A stretch of DNA of 64,000 bases, taken from assembly GCA_029953675.1 (NCBI GenBank), contig JAMWBK010000006.1, positions 1,798,001 through 1,862,000 of the forward strand. The letters are read 5' to 3'. Under the pieces are notes generated by a model. It searched no databases, was not told the origin of the DNA, and saw nothing but the letters and a program-made list of their open reading frames with translations. The stretch's first letter is position 1; every line of letters begins with the position of its first letter. Positions 23,050 to 36,439 of the stretch are shown piece by piece. Position numbers and translations under genes: made by a program. The DNA is from Rhodosorus marinus CCMP1338. Lineage: Eukaryota; Plantae; Rhodophyta.

Positions 23050-25831
23050 TGCAAGAGTGCTTGTTGTGACGCTTGGGACATGCCCTGCTGCGTCGTCGCG
23101 AACTGCTGCTGCTGCTGCTGCTGCCGTTGGTGCATGTGCGCTGCTTGAGCTTGCTTCTGCGTTTGCTGACCAGGTTGATGCATGTGCTGCTGCTGCTGCT
23201 GCTGCTGCATCATCTGCTGCGCATGTTGTTGCGCTATTTGAGATTGTTGTGGATGATGTTTCTGTGCTCCTGGCTGAGTTGTCATCTGTTCCCCCTGTTG
23301 CTGGGAGCTCTGTCCTTGCTGAGTTCCCATTTGCTGTCCAGATTGTTGGGGCTGCTGCTTGTGTCCTTGGGACCCCTGTTTGGGCGCGGCAGGGGACGGA
23401 GCCAAGACTGGTGCGTTCACTTGCTGCGTCTGTGGTTGCGCTCCTGCATTGCCCGGGTTCATCATCATCGAACGATTTAGCATTGCGAGATAATCTGGCG
23501 GGTTCATAGTTCCCATTGCCATGCCGGACATTGGTACTTGCGGGACTAGCATCTGTGCTCCACGCCCAGCATTCCGGTTCTGGTTCGACTGCATTGGGTG
23601 AATCATTTGAAAGTTTGCACCACCTTGCGCAGCATTTGGTTGCCCGCGCATGTTGCTGTTTCCTCGGCCAACCATTCTCGGCATGAACGCACCCTGTACC
23701 GGGTTGACGACTGTGGGCAAAACTTGAGGCGGCTGCACTTGCATGTTGTTCGAATTGACCTGCTACAATGTTTGACATCCCATTAACTTGAGCAAGTTCT
23801 CTCAATGAAGCCAGCTGCCGACCTGCTTTGTATATGTACTTACTGCAGCGCCACCTTTGACGTTTGCGGCGTTCCGGCCCTTTGCAGCGGCCAGAGGTCC
23901 AGTCTTCCCCTTTCCCGCCTTCACAGCTGCATTAGAATTTGCCGAGCTCACTCCCGTAGACCCAAGTGCTGCGTTCATATTGGCTATATCGTTTCCGTTT
24001 GAGGCGTTCACTTGTTGGTTTCCAACTTGCGGACGAATCTGCAGAGGCGCCTGTGAAATATTCGGCTGCACTCCCTGCTGCATCAAACCAATAGGAACGG
24101 GTCCTACGTTAGACCCTTTCTGCGCAACGGCGATGGCTGCAGCTCCGTTGTTTGCCGCCATCTGCATGTTGCTCCCAGTCATGGGTCCGCTGGCAGCGCC
24201 GCCGTTTTGTCTAGGTGTTTGACCTCTGCCGGTGCCGGGGACTTTTTGTTGCCCCTCCATTTGAGCTCGTTGTTGGTGTACTGCTCGAGCAGCTTTCTGC
24301 TTTACCTCTTCCATGGAAGCAGCATTGTTCATAGGACGTACTGCACCCTGTTGTTTTCGCTCGAACATGTGATTGGCAGAAGCCTGCTAAGGATATCGGG
24401 TAAAACGGAAGCTAGGGTCAGTAAACTCCAAAAGCTAAGGTATACTTTTTTCTCAGCTTAGCCCCTTGTTTTCATCCAACCTTTGCCCTTTTCGCTTGTT
24501 GAGTGCCCTGAGAAAGAGCGGATGCAGCAGCAGCAGCCGAACTAATTGCAGACGTATTGCTCAAGGTCTCCGTAGACGCCGACCGTTTCTGGCCAATCGT
24601 TTCCGCTTTCATGCCACTCATTGCATTCTGGTGCTCCTCAAGTCTTCTGTCAGTATTCACCGGCTTCCCGTGCGCAGCTCCGTTGGCCATGGAGTGCATG
24701 GTACCTGCAGCTGCATTTGCAGTAGACGCCGCATTGCTGGGAGTCTTCTGCGGCTGCAAAATTCGGTGATCGGTAAGGAACGAGCGCTGCCTGCCAAACG
24801 ACGTCTGGCAATGGAAGATGGGCGTAGTGGAAGTCGCCGCCGGTTGCGTTCGAAGACCAACAGCACGTAACGTGGAAGTCAGATGATCTCGGAACCTACA
24901 TCATTAGACAACAAAACAGTTGTAAGTCACGGATGGCATACTCCCAGAACCAGACACCCTTACCGTTTCGATTGCATTGATAGAATCGCGGATGGGAGTG
25001 ACGGAGTGGGAGCTGCTGGCGCTTGTTGCTTTGCAGCGGGACTTTGAGTCCTCTGGTCGGGATTATTTCCAGGGGGTACTGGGGACAGCGGCACATGTAA
25101 TGTAGTCTGCGGATCCAAAACCATCGCCCTTGATGTTTGATTCTTGGGGGGCAGCGGTTTCAAGCCTAACTGAGCTAATTTCGACCACTCGACCTCGCCT
25201 CCAAGTGTGTCGGCTGCTGAGGAGATTGAATCGTATCCATCACCTTATCGCACCAAACGTATGAACGCTCAGAAACTCGATTTCGATTACACACGTACTC
25301 GCAACTGCATTACAGCAGACTTTGAACGCAACAAGGTTACCTCCGGTTATAGTTAATCCCATCGCGGCTGCGGCAGTCGCGATCTTCTTGTCAGCCGGAG
25401 TCTTCTTCCTTGCAAGATCGGCAGGAGGGAGAGGATCTCTTCTGCGCAAGGTGTTCCTCACCATTCTATGAGAAACATAGTTGAGGAAGAGAGTAACGCA
25501 AATAATTTTAGAACGGCGACTAAATCACGAGACTAAGTAATCCATGTCGAACTTGTACACAATTGAACGCTCACCGGGCCTTGGGTCTTGTCACCAGAGG
25601 ACTGACCGTCGTCTTCCATTTTGCGTTCTCCTTCCGCAAGTACAAAACGTCCTTAGCAGTACCTCGAAAGAATGCCGATCCCGGGATCGCTAAACATGTC
25701 CAAGATGTTGGTCAGTTGGCTCTCACAATTGCAAAAAAACTATCCAGATAACTTTTGAACCAGGCGAGCTTACCCCGAACCACGTCCGCTGCAGTGTCCT
25801 TTGCACCAGCATTCTCAGAGAGGGAAGCCAT
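22782..25831 (-). CDS. Large Gln/Asn/Ala-rich low-complexity protein of unknown function (multi-exon)
   Basis: Spliced from MASLSENAGAKDTAADVVR|AIPGSAFFRGTAKDVLYLRKE through ORFs 25240-25464, 24960-25163, 24472-24759, 23802-24368 and 22782-23744. Several poly-Q tracts. Confidence 0.8.
23010..23220 (-). repeat. Coding CAG/CAA poly-glutamine tracts
   Basis: Runs of CTG/TTG on the + strand encode Q14 plus shorter Q tracts. Confidence 0.9.
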
Positions 25832-27741
25832 CTATAAATATGCTCTTGAGAGTGTGCCTTCCAATGATCAAGCCTGATGGCTCTGATTTTCAGCTGAGAA
25901 ACAGTCCTAGTGCACCCACTCTAGAGTGATGTGCGTAGCCTGGAAACTCCGAGCGAGCAATACACCCCGGGGTTAGTCATGCCTATCCATGAAACCCCTC
26001 AGAAAATCTGCACGCCCGCGCCAACCTTGCGAATCTCAACAGACCCAAAAGAAACCTGCCCGGAAGCCCACCAACGTCCAAAATCCACAACAACAAGCCG
26101 CCAAAAAAAAAAAGATAGCGAAAAGTACCAAAAACAAGGAGATGGATCTAAGTCAAGCCAAAACTTCACAGAAACATATCCAAACCCACCAAACCCGTCA
26201 ACGATCCAACTCCAAATCCTTGCTCAAACGAGGAAGACCAAAAGCAAAAACAACCTCGACGATAAAAATATAAATATAAAAAAATCCGCAGACCTGTCTA
26301 CTCCTAAATCAGCATAAATATCCAACGTCTCAAAACAACCTCAGCTCTCCTTCCTCTTCCCCCCGCTCCCGAACAAAGGAGAAAGAAAGGTTCCTGAAAA
26401 CTTGAAGAACTAGAACCCTCTCCACTACATATATTAAAACAAATCGCTCCTCCCCTCCACCGCTCACTCCAATAAAAAAAATCCACCACTCCTACTCCTT
26501 GAGGAACCTCTCAAAGCACCAAGTCGCAACTACCTCAGTCTTCTTCCCCATTTTGCCTTTTCAAAAGCCTTTTTGCTTCCCGCCCCAACTCTTACTTTCT
26601 GTTAGTAAACAACTCAAACGAAAAGAAGAGGGTAGAAAAACCCATTAAATTGAGCCAAAAACAGACTTATTTACATTTTCGTGCGATAAAGAGCTTAGTA
26701 CAAATATTAGTACCCGTTCATATTTAATAAACGAAGAATTTTGGAGTGTTACTTGAACGGAAATACGTCCGTACGAAAGTCAAAGCGACAAGTTTTTCAC
26801 ATACTTTTATCCTACTACCAATACATTTTATTCGTTTACTAAAAATATATATCGTCTTTTATTATCGGACATTTTATGACAATCTGACCAAAACGATTGG
26901 CCCAAAAACCATTTTGAAATATGAGAAAAACAATATTTCGATTTTCTTGGGAATCGGTATTGTTTGGTTGTGTTTTTTTTTTGGGGGGGGGGTTGGGGAA
27001 GGTTTGCATGGAACTGGCTGACTCAGGAATGACTGTCAGAAGAAATACTCTGGGTAGCTTCTCGTTGAACGCTATGGAATCGTATGGACAGGTGAGCGAG
27101 TATACGATGTATTGTTCTTGGTTGTTTGCTCCGCATGCTGAGCACGTTGAGTACTCCTACTCTACGAGCGCTGGCGGCTCTTCAACGCGGCCGCGCGGAA
27201 GAGGTCGTGACTGACCCTCCAGTTGCGAAAGGATCGCTGAGTGAGCTTGTGGTTCTGTAGACTTCTTTGGAGTACGTACTTCTCTTCCTTATCTTTATAG
27301 CACCTCTTCTCTGAAGGTTTATCTTCAGCAAAGAACATATGGTCTGTTTTACGCCTTCAAACCTTCGTTGCGTCCGGCGATGAACTAATATCTGTAATAC
27401 CTAACCGAAACTAGTCCGCCGATTGAGGGTCTCGAAGCGGTGAAGTGCTTACCAGAAACGTTTGGGGATTGGCCGAGTCCGTACTGTGAGAGAAACGAGC
27501 GAAGTGCACTTTTACATTAAGCATGGTGACGAACTTGTCGTGTAAGAGCGTGCCCGCCATCAACGGAAAGTGTGAATATAAATAGTATTGAATTATGAAC
27601 CAGAGCCAACTAATAATATCTTCTCCTTGTAGCTCCAGTTGCGTCGGGCAAACAGCGTTCAGCAATCTCACAGGTTCTTTGGGCATCAACCGCAATTCCG
27701 CTGCAGTGCACAGCATTGCGATAGGCAGATGTCCAGCTTCG

Positions 27742-28587
27742 TCATTGTAAAAACCCGTCTCGCGGGTTCTGGGTTAACATGGCCTCCAGCGGGCTTGCTC
27801 CTGTGTTGCTAAGCATCTTGTGCACTACGTAGAGCATCTGTGGAATTATGACGATCGCACGAGCACAGAAATCAGCAAATCGCATGTAAAGCGCAGTTTC
27901 TTCGGCTCTCCAGTTTTAGATTCAGCTTACCGATACACCATTGCCTCCGAAAACGAGTGCAAGGATCCAGGGAAGCGCGTAAAAGGTTGCTTGCTCGGAT
28001 ATAAGGATGTACGACACCACAAAGACCAGGCCAATAAGGTTGTTTATGAAGGTGAGCAATATCCATGGGTTCCGCTTTGTCTTCTCCCAGCCAATACCAA
28101 GGCTCTCGGCTTGGATTGCTCGAACGCACACGTACAAGAAGTACAAGAAGAGGACAAACGCCACGCCTGCAATTATCCATGTCAGCGGGTTCTTGCGTTT
28201 CATTTCTCCCCTGGCTTCTCCGTCTGGGTTGGTATTCCAAACAATGAGCGCGTCCCTCAAAGATCTGTGCTCGAAAGTTAGGTAGCAGAGGTATGCCATT
28301 GTCACAATGTGCCCGAATAACACCACACCGCCGATGACAAAAATATTCCTTCTCAGAGTTCCATGATAAATTCCATTGAAAGTGAAATACAGTGCTACGA
28401 AAATCACAGAAAGCGAATAATCCACTAGCGTTGCGTATCCCCAACGCTCAGTAAGCAGCTCCTCCTCGTGAGAAAACCCCATACCAGACGCCACCACAAT
28501 CAAGATGGCGCTGACGTACATCAAACTGGAAATCGAAAACGCGGTCATCCCACCATATCCGCACGGAAGTAAAGGGCGCTGACCCAT
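27742..28587 (-). CDS. DUF1475-like multi-pass membrane protein (2 exons)
   Basis: EELLTERWGYATLVDYSLSV resembles the plant DUF1475 motif, with an internally duplicated TM unit. The spliced tail MLYVVHKMLSNTGASPLEAMLTQNPRDGFLQ* stops at 27742. Confidence 0.75.
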
Positions 28588-30167
28588 CGTTCCGCTCTAA
28601 CTCGAAACCGAAATAGTCAATTCAGCACAAGCACTCCTGAGCCAACCAATCAATCAAATACCTCCACTCCTCCAATAAACCTCCTCAAACCCACCGATGT
28701 CCAGGCCCAATGACTCCCAACTCGCACCGCAGACACCGAAATCAACCGCAAAACAAAACCAGATCTCCAAACCCCAAACCCCGAGCGAAAAATAAAAACA
28801 AAACAAACAAGCAAGAACTCAAGACTACGAAAGAAAGTCCTCTTGTCCAGTTCTCAAAAGACAACAGATCACAAAATTTCCAATCCAGCCTCCTCGATCA
28901 CCTGTGCTAGCCAACCTCCCCAAAAGTCTTCCCGAACCTTTCCAAGCCTTTCCCAACTAACTCTCCTCCTCTTCCACAGGCTCTCCTTCCGACCGGAATG
29001 GCTGTCCTAAAAACATCTCATCACTTAAAAGACTAAAATCAATCAATACAAAAACCCAATATTCAACTCATCTAAAATACATTAAAAATTTCGAATACAG
29101 CTGTCCATCCTTTTTCGAGATTTTAATTCTGTGTTAATATATCTACCCCCCCCCCTTTTTTTTAGAGCTGTACAATCAAGAATGGATATAGTTTCATTTC
29201 TTCACAAGCCCTTGCAAAATTTATGTTTTTGTTTTTTGTTCGATTATACGGTTTATCGTTTAGCTACGAAGCTCTGAAAGGGGTGAGAGATGTCCTGATT
29301 TGATCAGTTGGAAAATAGGGGTGAGGGGGTGGGGGTTGGTGGTGCGTGGTGTAGGTGGATATGGAGCACGGACGAGGGTGGGAGGTGAGGTCGGCAAGAC
29401 GAGGTCTGTCGTTGAGTGCGAATCCGTTCTGTTTAGCTGGCTTGTTGGAAGAATTTTTTGGTGCGCTCCAACCTGATCTGCCCTAATTAATGCGCGTTGC
29501 GCGACTGCGCTGCCCAGCGTGAGCTCCCGACGCAGGAAGCAAGGAAGTTTGAAGTATCGGCCCTTAGAGCAGCCTGTGAAGCCCAGGCTTTGTCAAGCTC
29601 GCGATCCAACGATGTCCATTAGAATTTATGCTTTTTAGGGCTTCGGGCAACGAGAGAATCTCTTTTGAGCCGCAGCGGGCGCGCTTGAGCCCGATCTTTG
29701 GCCATCCGCTGAATTTTAGGTTCAGGCGGCTGGCGGCTGTATCCGTGCCCAGAATTCCGCGCAAGCTTGCCCCTGCTTGGCAGTGTTTAAAGAGGCCCAG
29801 TATCGATCCTAGCTTTCTATTCGGATCTATTGAAACGATCCTTTTTCCAAAATATCTTTTGTCGATAATTCGCTTTGGTCGTCGCGGTTCCGTTGTGAAC
29901 AGAGAGTTTCGTTCGCGATGGCCAGGAACGCCCCCCCTCCTGGTCAACAGTACCGATCATGGTACGCTCTGTCATCACCGACTATCCTGCGCAAGTCCTG
30001 GCACAAACACACCGACGCCTTTCAGCTACTCGCCAAACGTCGCGTCGATGCGCAACATCTCGTGTCGGAGATACAAGGTCCTCATCGAACCAGATTCAGA
30101 GTCTCAGGCAGACAGCTCGGAGTAGAGTTTTCTGTGCGCCTGAAGCGATCACTGGAGTTTGAAAACT

Positions 30168-30986
30168 ATGGCGTTTGTTGGATTGGGAGGAGCACTACGA
30201 TTTGAGAAGGCCAGATGCGAGATTTCCAGTCGGTCGACGTGTCGGTCGAGACCTCGATATTCAAGAGTCGTCGTTTCTCAAACGGAGTCGGCCGACAGCG
30301 AACCAACTCCGAAAGCGAAGAGGCTCATAGAGTTCTTTGACGAGGCAAAGGACTTGGGAACGATCCGGTTCATCAACATCGGCGATGGCTCCGTGATAGA
30401 AACACTCGGACGCTTCGACTACTCTGTGAAGTACAACATGGTCCGGGGAGGCCTACTGAGCTTGATATCACCAGACTCGCTCTTTGAGTTGCATCTGGCA
30501 ACGGTAACAAGTGCCTAGCCGTTCAGATTCTCTGGTGTTGTGGAGTAAGATATTCTCGTGCTCACCTCTCAGCGTTTTCTCCACCAAGCGCAGAGCAAAA
30601 TCGACAAGATCACCTTTACGAAGCAGCCCGCGAAGTTTGGGGACCATGACATCTATGTTATAAGAGTCAAAAGAGATGATGACGGAATTATGATTAGCGG
30701 TATGCTTATGTGGTGAGTGAGACCACATCCTCCCCTGGAAGTAAGGGAACATTTCCGAGACTAAGCACTGGCAATCTTTCGAATGCTTGACATTGGTAGG
30801 AACCCATCAGAAGAGCCCGGCACATATGTACGTTATAGAACTAAAAGCTTCACCGATTGCCTCCGAAGCAACGCTAAACAGATCTGCTTTCCCTCTTGGT
30901 ACTAACTATAGTTCCCGGGAACTGTCGACAAGTTCGTCGGACTCATGGAAAAATACAATGGTGAAATTGTGTTCCCATCGGACTAG
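30168..30986 (+). CDS. Cyanobacterial-type ChuX/HutX heme-binding family protein, probably plastid-targeted (4 exons)
   Basis: MAFVG transit peptide. EFFDEAKDLGTIRFINIGDGSVIE..FELHL, IDKITF..IYVIR..LMW and GTVDKFVGLMEKY align with remembered cyanobacterial HutX-like proteins. Confidence 0.75.
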
Positions 30987-33900
30987 GCTTCATCCGCTGA
31001 AGCAATGCGGAGGGAGACTCAACGATCAGGATGATTATCCGGGCGGCACCAGAATAATTCAGCAAGGTGGAATAAACCTCGACTTGGGTGCGCTGGTTGA
31101 AAGCCTCTCACTGATACTCGACAATCTGATCCCGCGCTACCCTCATGCAGCTTAGGTTCATGACGTGATCTCCAAAGTATAGATCAAGACCCGGATGTCT
31201 GAGTAGCGCACGTCAAATCATGCTCGATAAGTCACAAACTCCGGTCTTAACCTTTCAGGTTCTTTGTGTGTAGCTTGCATATGCCCTCTTCGACTTTAGC
31301 ACACCTCCTGATCCTCGACGGCGTATCTCTAAGCTCAAGTGCCATATGCACTTGGTCATTGGTTCCCGACGCCGTGCTCGATTGGGCATGGAAAGGAAGA
31401 ATATCGCTCAGGATGCGACGGGCAGGACGCCAGGTGCTAGCTCGTACGGATTTCTCACAGCCTTGCCACAGCGGACTCGTACTCAATGCAGGACGCACCG
31501 TATGTTCCGCCCGATTCTCAATCCAGTGTCGGTCTGTTCAAAATCGGACTTACACAATGCTTATCTTTGCGCGCAGATGTCGGATATTCCACAGATCTTC
31601 CAGTACTAGGCCGCGAACTATGGCAATTGAGATGAGCTATGGACTAGTCGAAGTCTAGAACTTATCCCGATCGCAGCATATTGCATACACAAGCAAATGA
31701 GAAATTACATCATCCCCTATTTCCGACTTGTCAGGCACAAAGCACAATCAACCTAACTAATTCAGCCCTGCTTGCGCGATTAATGCATAAGTGAGCTTTG
31801 ATTTCAGAAACCTTCTAGCCCCGACGGCGTAGTAAAAAAGCCCGCTTACGTAATCATCACGAAATATAACTACAGCTGATGTGGGCTTGCTTTCGATATG
31901 CACTTACCCAGCGGCAATTCTCAACTGCGCGATGATACGCCCTTCATATCCGCGGCCCATTCTAACCTAGAAATGGCGAGTCGATGAGACGCATTTTATG
32001 CATTTGACACCCCTCCTGGAGACGAGGTCTCTCCGTCCTCGGCTAGTCTGGAGGGTCACATTTCGCGGGGTTGTTAGTCTCCGAGTAAAAAGTCAGTCAT
32101 TTGAAACCCCGGGATTAAGAACGGGATGCCATCATTGCTTGATTACCCACTCCAGCATCCCGGGAAAAGTTTCCTGAAACAGCGATGACCGCTTGCAAAC
32201 TGTTTACATCCCAACCCGTTTCTCACAATTTTCTTTTAGCGAACTGGGTGTTTTTTCCAATCAATATGTTCGTACTTTTCATAAAAATGCGTAGCAACAC
32301 CAGAACAAGATGCTGTTTTCTCATTCGAGGGGCACTGTTCCGCTGCCAGTCCTAACAGCACTTTACCGGCAGCACAGCTCTGCTGTTTTCTGTTCAATCG
32401 CCCACTTTGAAGAGGATTTCAGTAACAACAGAAGGGGTTTTCCCTTCCTACTGAAGCCAAACTCGGCCATTTGGATATGCGAACTGCCATATAGACCATA
32501 GACCGTGGGCTTCAATTGCCGATCCTAGCCCCTGTCATGCAATGGACTTTCTGAGCCATCCATTCACATCAGGTCTACCCACCACCAAAAATATTTTTGG
32601 GTCCTCAGCCAGGAGCTATCCGGCTCAAAAACGCATCCACTTCCGAGAGCCCATTTCAACGGATCTCGACTCCAGCCTTTTTTCAGCCAGAGTGACCTGC
32701 TCGAGCGCCCTTAAACGATTCAACAAAGTAAAGTGATGGGGGCATGATAGCATTCTTCACCACTAAACTCGCTTCCCCCCTTCCCCCCTTCCCTACGTGA
32801 AGCGTTTCACAAGTGAATGCAGAACAAAATACTGGTGGCCCAACAAAATTTCCTTTCCAATCTTCACAAATGATTGGTCAACAGAATCGCCAAGATTGTA
32901 GTCGTTTTTTGACTGCGCGATAGAATCCTGATTGTTTCCTTTCAACAAATGGATTACGATCTATCAGTCTATATGGTGTCACGCAAGGGGGTATTCATTA
33001 AACCGGAACGAAACGGATAAGCTTGCCTTGTTGCATGTGTTTTGAAGTGATTGAGACGAGTTGCTGAGTTCCATTAGGGGTAACTAGCGAGGACTCGCAT
33101 CTACTGGAAAATTCCCTCGAATACCTTATACATACTGAATCTTCTTGAGTTATGCGGAGTGCCAAAATCAGCAGGCCCACTTCACAACGAGACAAAAATA
33201 TATATATTCATTGTACACGTTGTGCGGGCCACTTGGCGGGTGAAGCTAGTCAATGCGACGACAATCTCTATGTATAAAATAATAGCGTTATCATATATAC
33301 CCATTGAAAAAAGGATTAAATATTTCCTAGCAACAAATTTGCAATACTGTAAGTATGTTTGAGTGACGATTCCCTCACCACGAAAAAAGTCACCCTATGT
33401 CCCTCCCCCTTGAATAATATTGATCTCTTCGCGAAACCCTTGCTTATCGATCCCAAATAGGGTATATCAGAAATAGCAGCTCGACTACTTCCCCTATCTT
33501 CTTTGTCCAAGGGAATCTTCTGATATTCGAAATATCGAAGTGCTAGTAGTAGATATTTTAACTACAAGTCCAGATCGACAAGCGGCCCCCACACACCCAC
33601 CCCCCTCTAAACATGAGAAGTGGAAGAAGATTATTCTTATTTTTTTTTACCTCGATCGCAAGTGATTGACTGATATTCAATCAACATATCATCATCACTG
33701 GTAAGGGGGTTCCTTTTTCCGTGCTCTATGAATACTGATAGTTTTTTCACGGACTGTTCCGTAATCTGATTTCTTCTGGCCCCAATTGGAAAGGTGATCC
33801 GCCACCTGAGATTAGATATGAAAAATAAGGATGCCATGGATTGATCATTGACGAATAACCTAACAAACCAGTGGAAGCACTTGTCTTACCGGTAAGCAGT

Positions 33901-35066
33901 CGGATTCTCAGTCCCCGTGAGGTCGCAGTTAAGACCCTGAGCTAGACTCTATAAGAGAAAGCCAGAATTTCCCAACCGGAGGTGGGGGGGGGAGGTGGAA
34001 AACGATTAAAAAAGGGGTGGTTTCGCTTTCAGTACGAAACCAGCGACCGTACTAGATCAGCTTTTTCCAACAAGAGCAAAAAAAAACAACATGTGTGAGA
34101 GAGAGAGAGATACGTCACCCTTTATGTGAATTTCACAAAGGAGGGGTAAAGCGCAACTGTTTCATTCAATAATGACTGACTGTATATTAATATATACTTA
34201 CTAAATTAAACATGAATGAACGTTCACAAGTATAATGACTGAAACTGAGTCCTGGGAAAGTAAAAGGTAGTCCAGGGGGGGTTGCAGATCGAATCGATGA
34301 GACGACCATGCGACTAAGGGGTAAAAAGGAGATGCTGTGTTGGGGAGGACCGATTGAATTTTTCTGAAGAAAACTCTCAGTCGTGGTCCCCCCCACTCCT
34401 TTTCAACCTTTTTTGGTCTATTTTTACGTATGGCTGGTGGACTAGTACATTTTTATAAGTATTTTACAGCGTTTGCAAGAAGATTTAGGTGTGCAAAAAC
34501 AAGGAAAAAAAATTAATACCTACCAACGCCAACAAAACAAAGTCAACGGGGGCGACTTTTGTTTTTTTCCCTTTTTTTTCTGAGTTGAGTCCCTTACCCC
34601 CCTTTTTTTCTTTCTTTTTTTCTCATCGATTGTAATGTATTTGACATCAAATAGTTTTGATATTTTAATGAATACGATCGGAGCTGGGATCCTTAATTTG
34701 CATTAAATTATCGATTAGCAATGGAATAAAAGTTGAAAATGGGAAAAAGAGAAATTTTTTTCGTGAAAATTCCTTTGCTCAGCCCTTTGTGTGATCGGGT
34801 TGCTTAGTATATATCTCTAAGCGCGATGTGGGAGGGAGGGGATGGAAGGGGACATGATGGTGGTGAAGTGAAGTGGATGCGCGAACCTGAATGTGTTCGG
34901 GGAGAGAAGGGAGTTGTGGAGGGTGAGTTTGTGAAGGATGTTTGTGGGCTAGAGGTACCCTTGGCGTTGTGAGTATTTTTAACTGGAGTAGGAAATCGCG
35001 GTTGGGTTTTTGGGGTTGTGCGGGTAGGGATTGGATGGTTTCCTAGTGTTTCTAATTTCGGAGAGG

Positions 35067-36102
35067 ATGCAGGAGATAGTTGAGAAGAGTTGCGATGGAA
35101 AGGCCCCGCTGACGAAGAGTTTGTGGACGAAGGATGAGGATGAGACTCTGTTGAGCTTGATGGAGGAGACCAAGTCGAAGTCCTGGACTCTCCTCGCCAA
35201 GCAGCTGCACAACCGAACCGGGAAACAGTGTCGTGAGAGATGGGTGAGTGGCTTGGAACGATTTGTTGAACCAGTGGACTCGCTTTTTCTAGCAGCTGGG
35301 CTGATGATGCTCTTGTTTCGTTTGCAACAGGTTAACCATCTGGATCCAAACATCAACAAAAACCCGTGGACAGCGGCGGAAGACCTCAAGCTAATCAAGC
35401 TACAGGCACAGCTGGGCAACCGCTGGGTCGAGTTTACCAGGGAACTCCCGCAACGGTCTGAAAATTCGGTGAAGAACAGGTGAGTTTTGCGTATTGCCAA
35501 GAAGAAAGCAATCCCCGACAATCTGAATTCTGGGAATGCAAGGCTGTGTCGAAGATGTGTGCTGACTGGTGCGTTCGAACAGGTGGAACTTGATCATGAA
35601 ACGGCGATCTGCGAAGCTTCGAGGAAGCGACCTCCGCAGCAAGCCCAAACCCTCTGCTACTTCATCGCCAGGGGGGACTTCCAAAGCGCGAAAGGGGAGG
35701 TCTCGAAAGCAAGTGGGGGCTCGAATGATGAAACCGGGTCGCAACCTGAGGCAAGAAATGACGCTGAAGGAGCAGATTGTGCTGAATCCGGATGTGGAGC
35801 TTGAGACCCTGTCCCCAACGTCTGAGTCGGCTAGCTCTGGGCTCCATATGCCAGAGCCAGAGGATAAACCAGTCCTTGATTTTTCGAGTGGATTGGGGTA
35901 CGACGAACTCAATTCCTCCGAAATAGGAATTAGCCGCGAAGAAATCGAAGCGTACGTACGGTGGCGCGTGCTCGCGTTGTGTGGGGAAATGAACTAACTG
36001 TAGCCTGCTGCTCGTTCTCACACCAGGATCTTTGATTCCCGGCCAGCGGAGATCGCTCCAGTAGCTGTGGAGCCAATAGTCTGGGAGGATTGCTTTAAAT
36101 AG
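35067..36102 (+). CDS. R2R3-type MYB transcription factor (multi-exon)
   Basis: WTKDEDETL..WTLLAKQLHNRTGKQCRERW|VNHLDPNINKNPWTAAEDLKL..GNRWVEFTRELPQRSENSVKNR|WNLI. The last exon ends WEDCFK* at 36102. The start is uncertain. Confidence 0.93.
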
Positions 36103-36439
36103 TCGCCGCTATCCAGAACTTCTGACCCGCCGGCGATTTGCTTCATTTTGTCGGATGACGCTAGCATTATGAGCCGGAAGGACTAGGACCCTGCAGCGGT
36201 GCTCTTCGAGTCGCACGGGTCATTAAGACTCCTCGTGGAAGGGGTTTTGCTTTGCCACTTCTCATCAGCCCTTATTTAGTATCTATTTTTGTACATGGAA
36301 AAGACTGAATAATTATCACACGGCCTAGTGTCAAACGCCTGCGGCTGCAGGTTTAGAGATAGGTATCGAACACAGCAGCTACATGACTAGTCCATGACCA
36401 TATCACGAGAATGCAGGGATGGATATACAGAAACGATTT

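Noticed and set aside
22876-23805. Long Ala/Thr-rich and Cys/Leu-rich ORFs overlapping the poly-Q gene
   Set aside because: These are alternative-frame and antisense readings of CAG/CAA repeats.
27190-27716. Possible extra minus-strand gene after the DUF1475 gene
   Set aside because: Protein-like fragments exist, but I found no consistent exon chain or family motif, so it is not reported as a feature.
29361-30125. Possible + strand gene upstream of the HutX-like gene
   Set aside because: A G-rich 5' flank and ORF 29628-30125 hint at a gene, but start and exon phases could not be reconciled.
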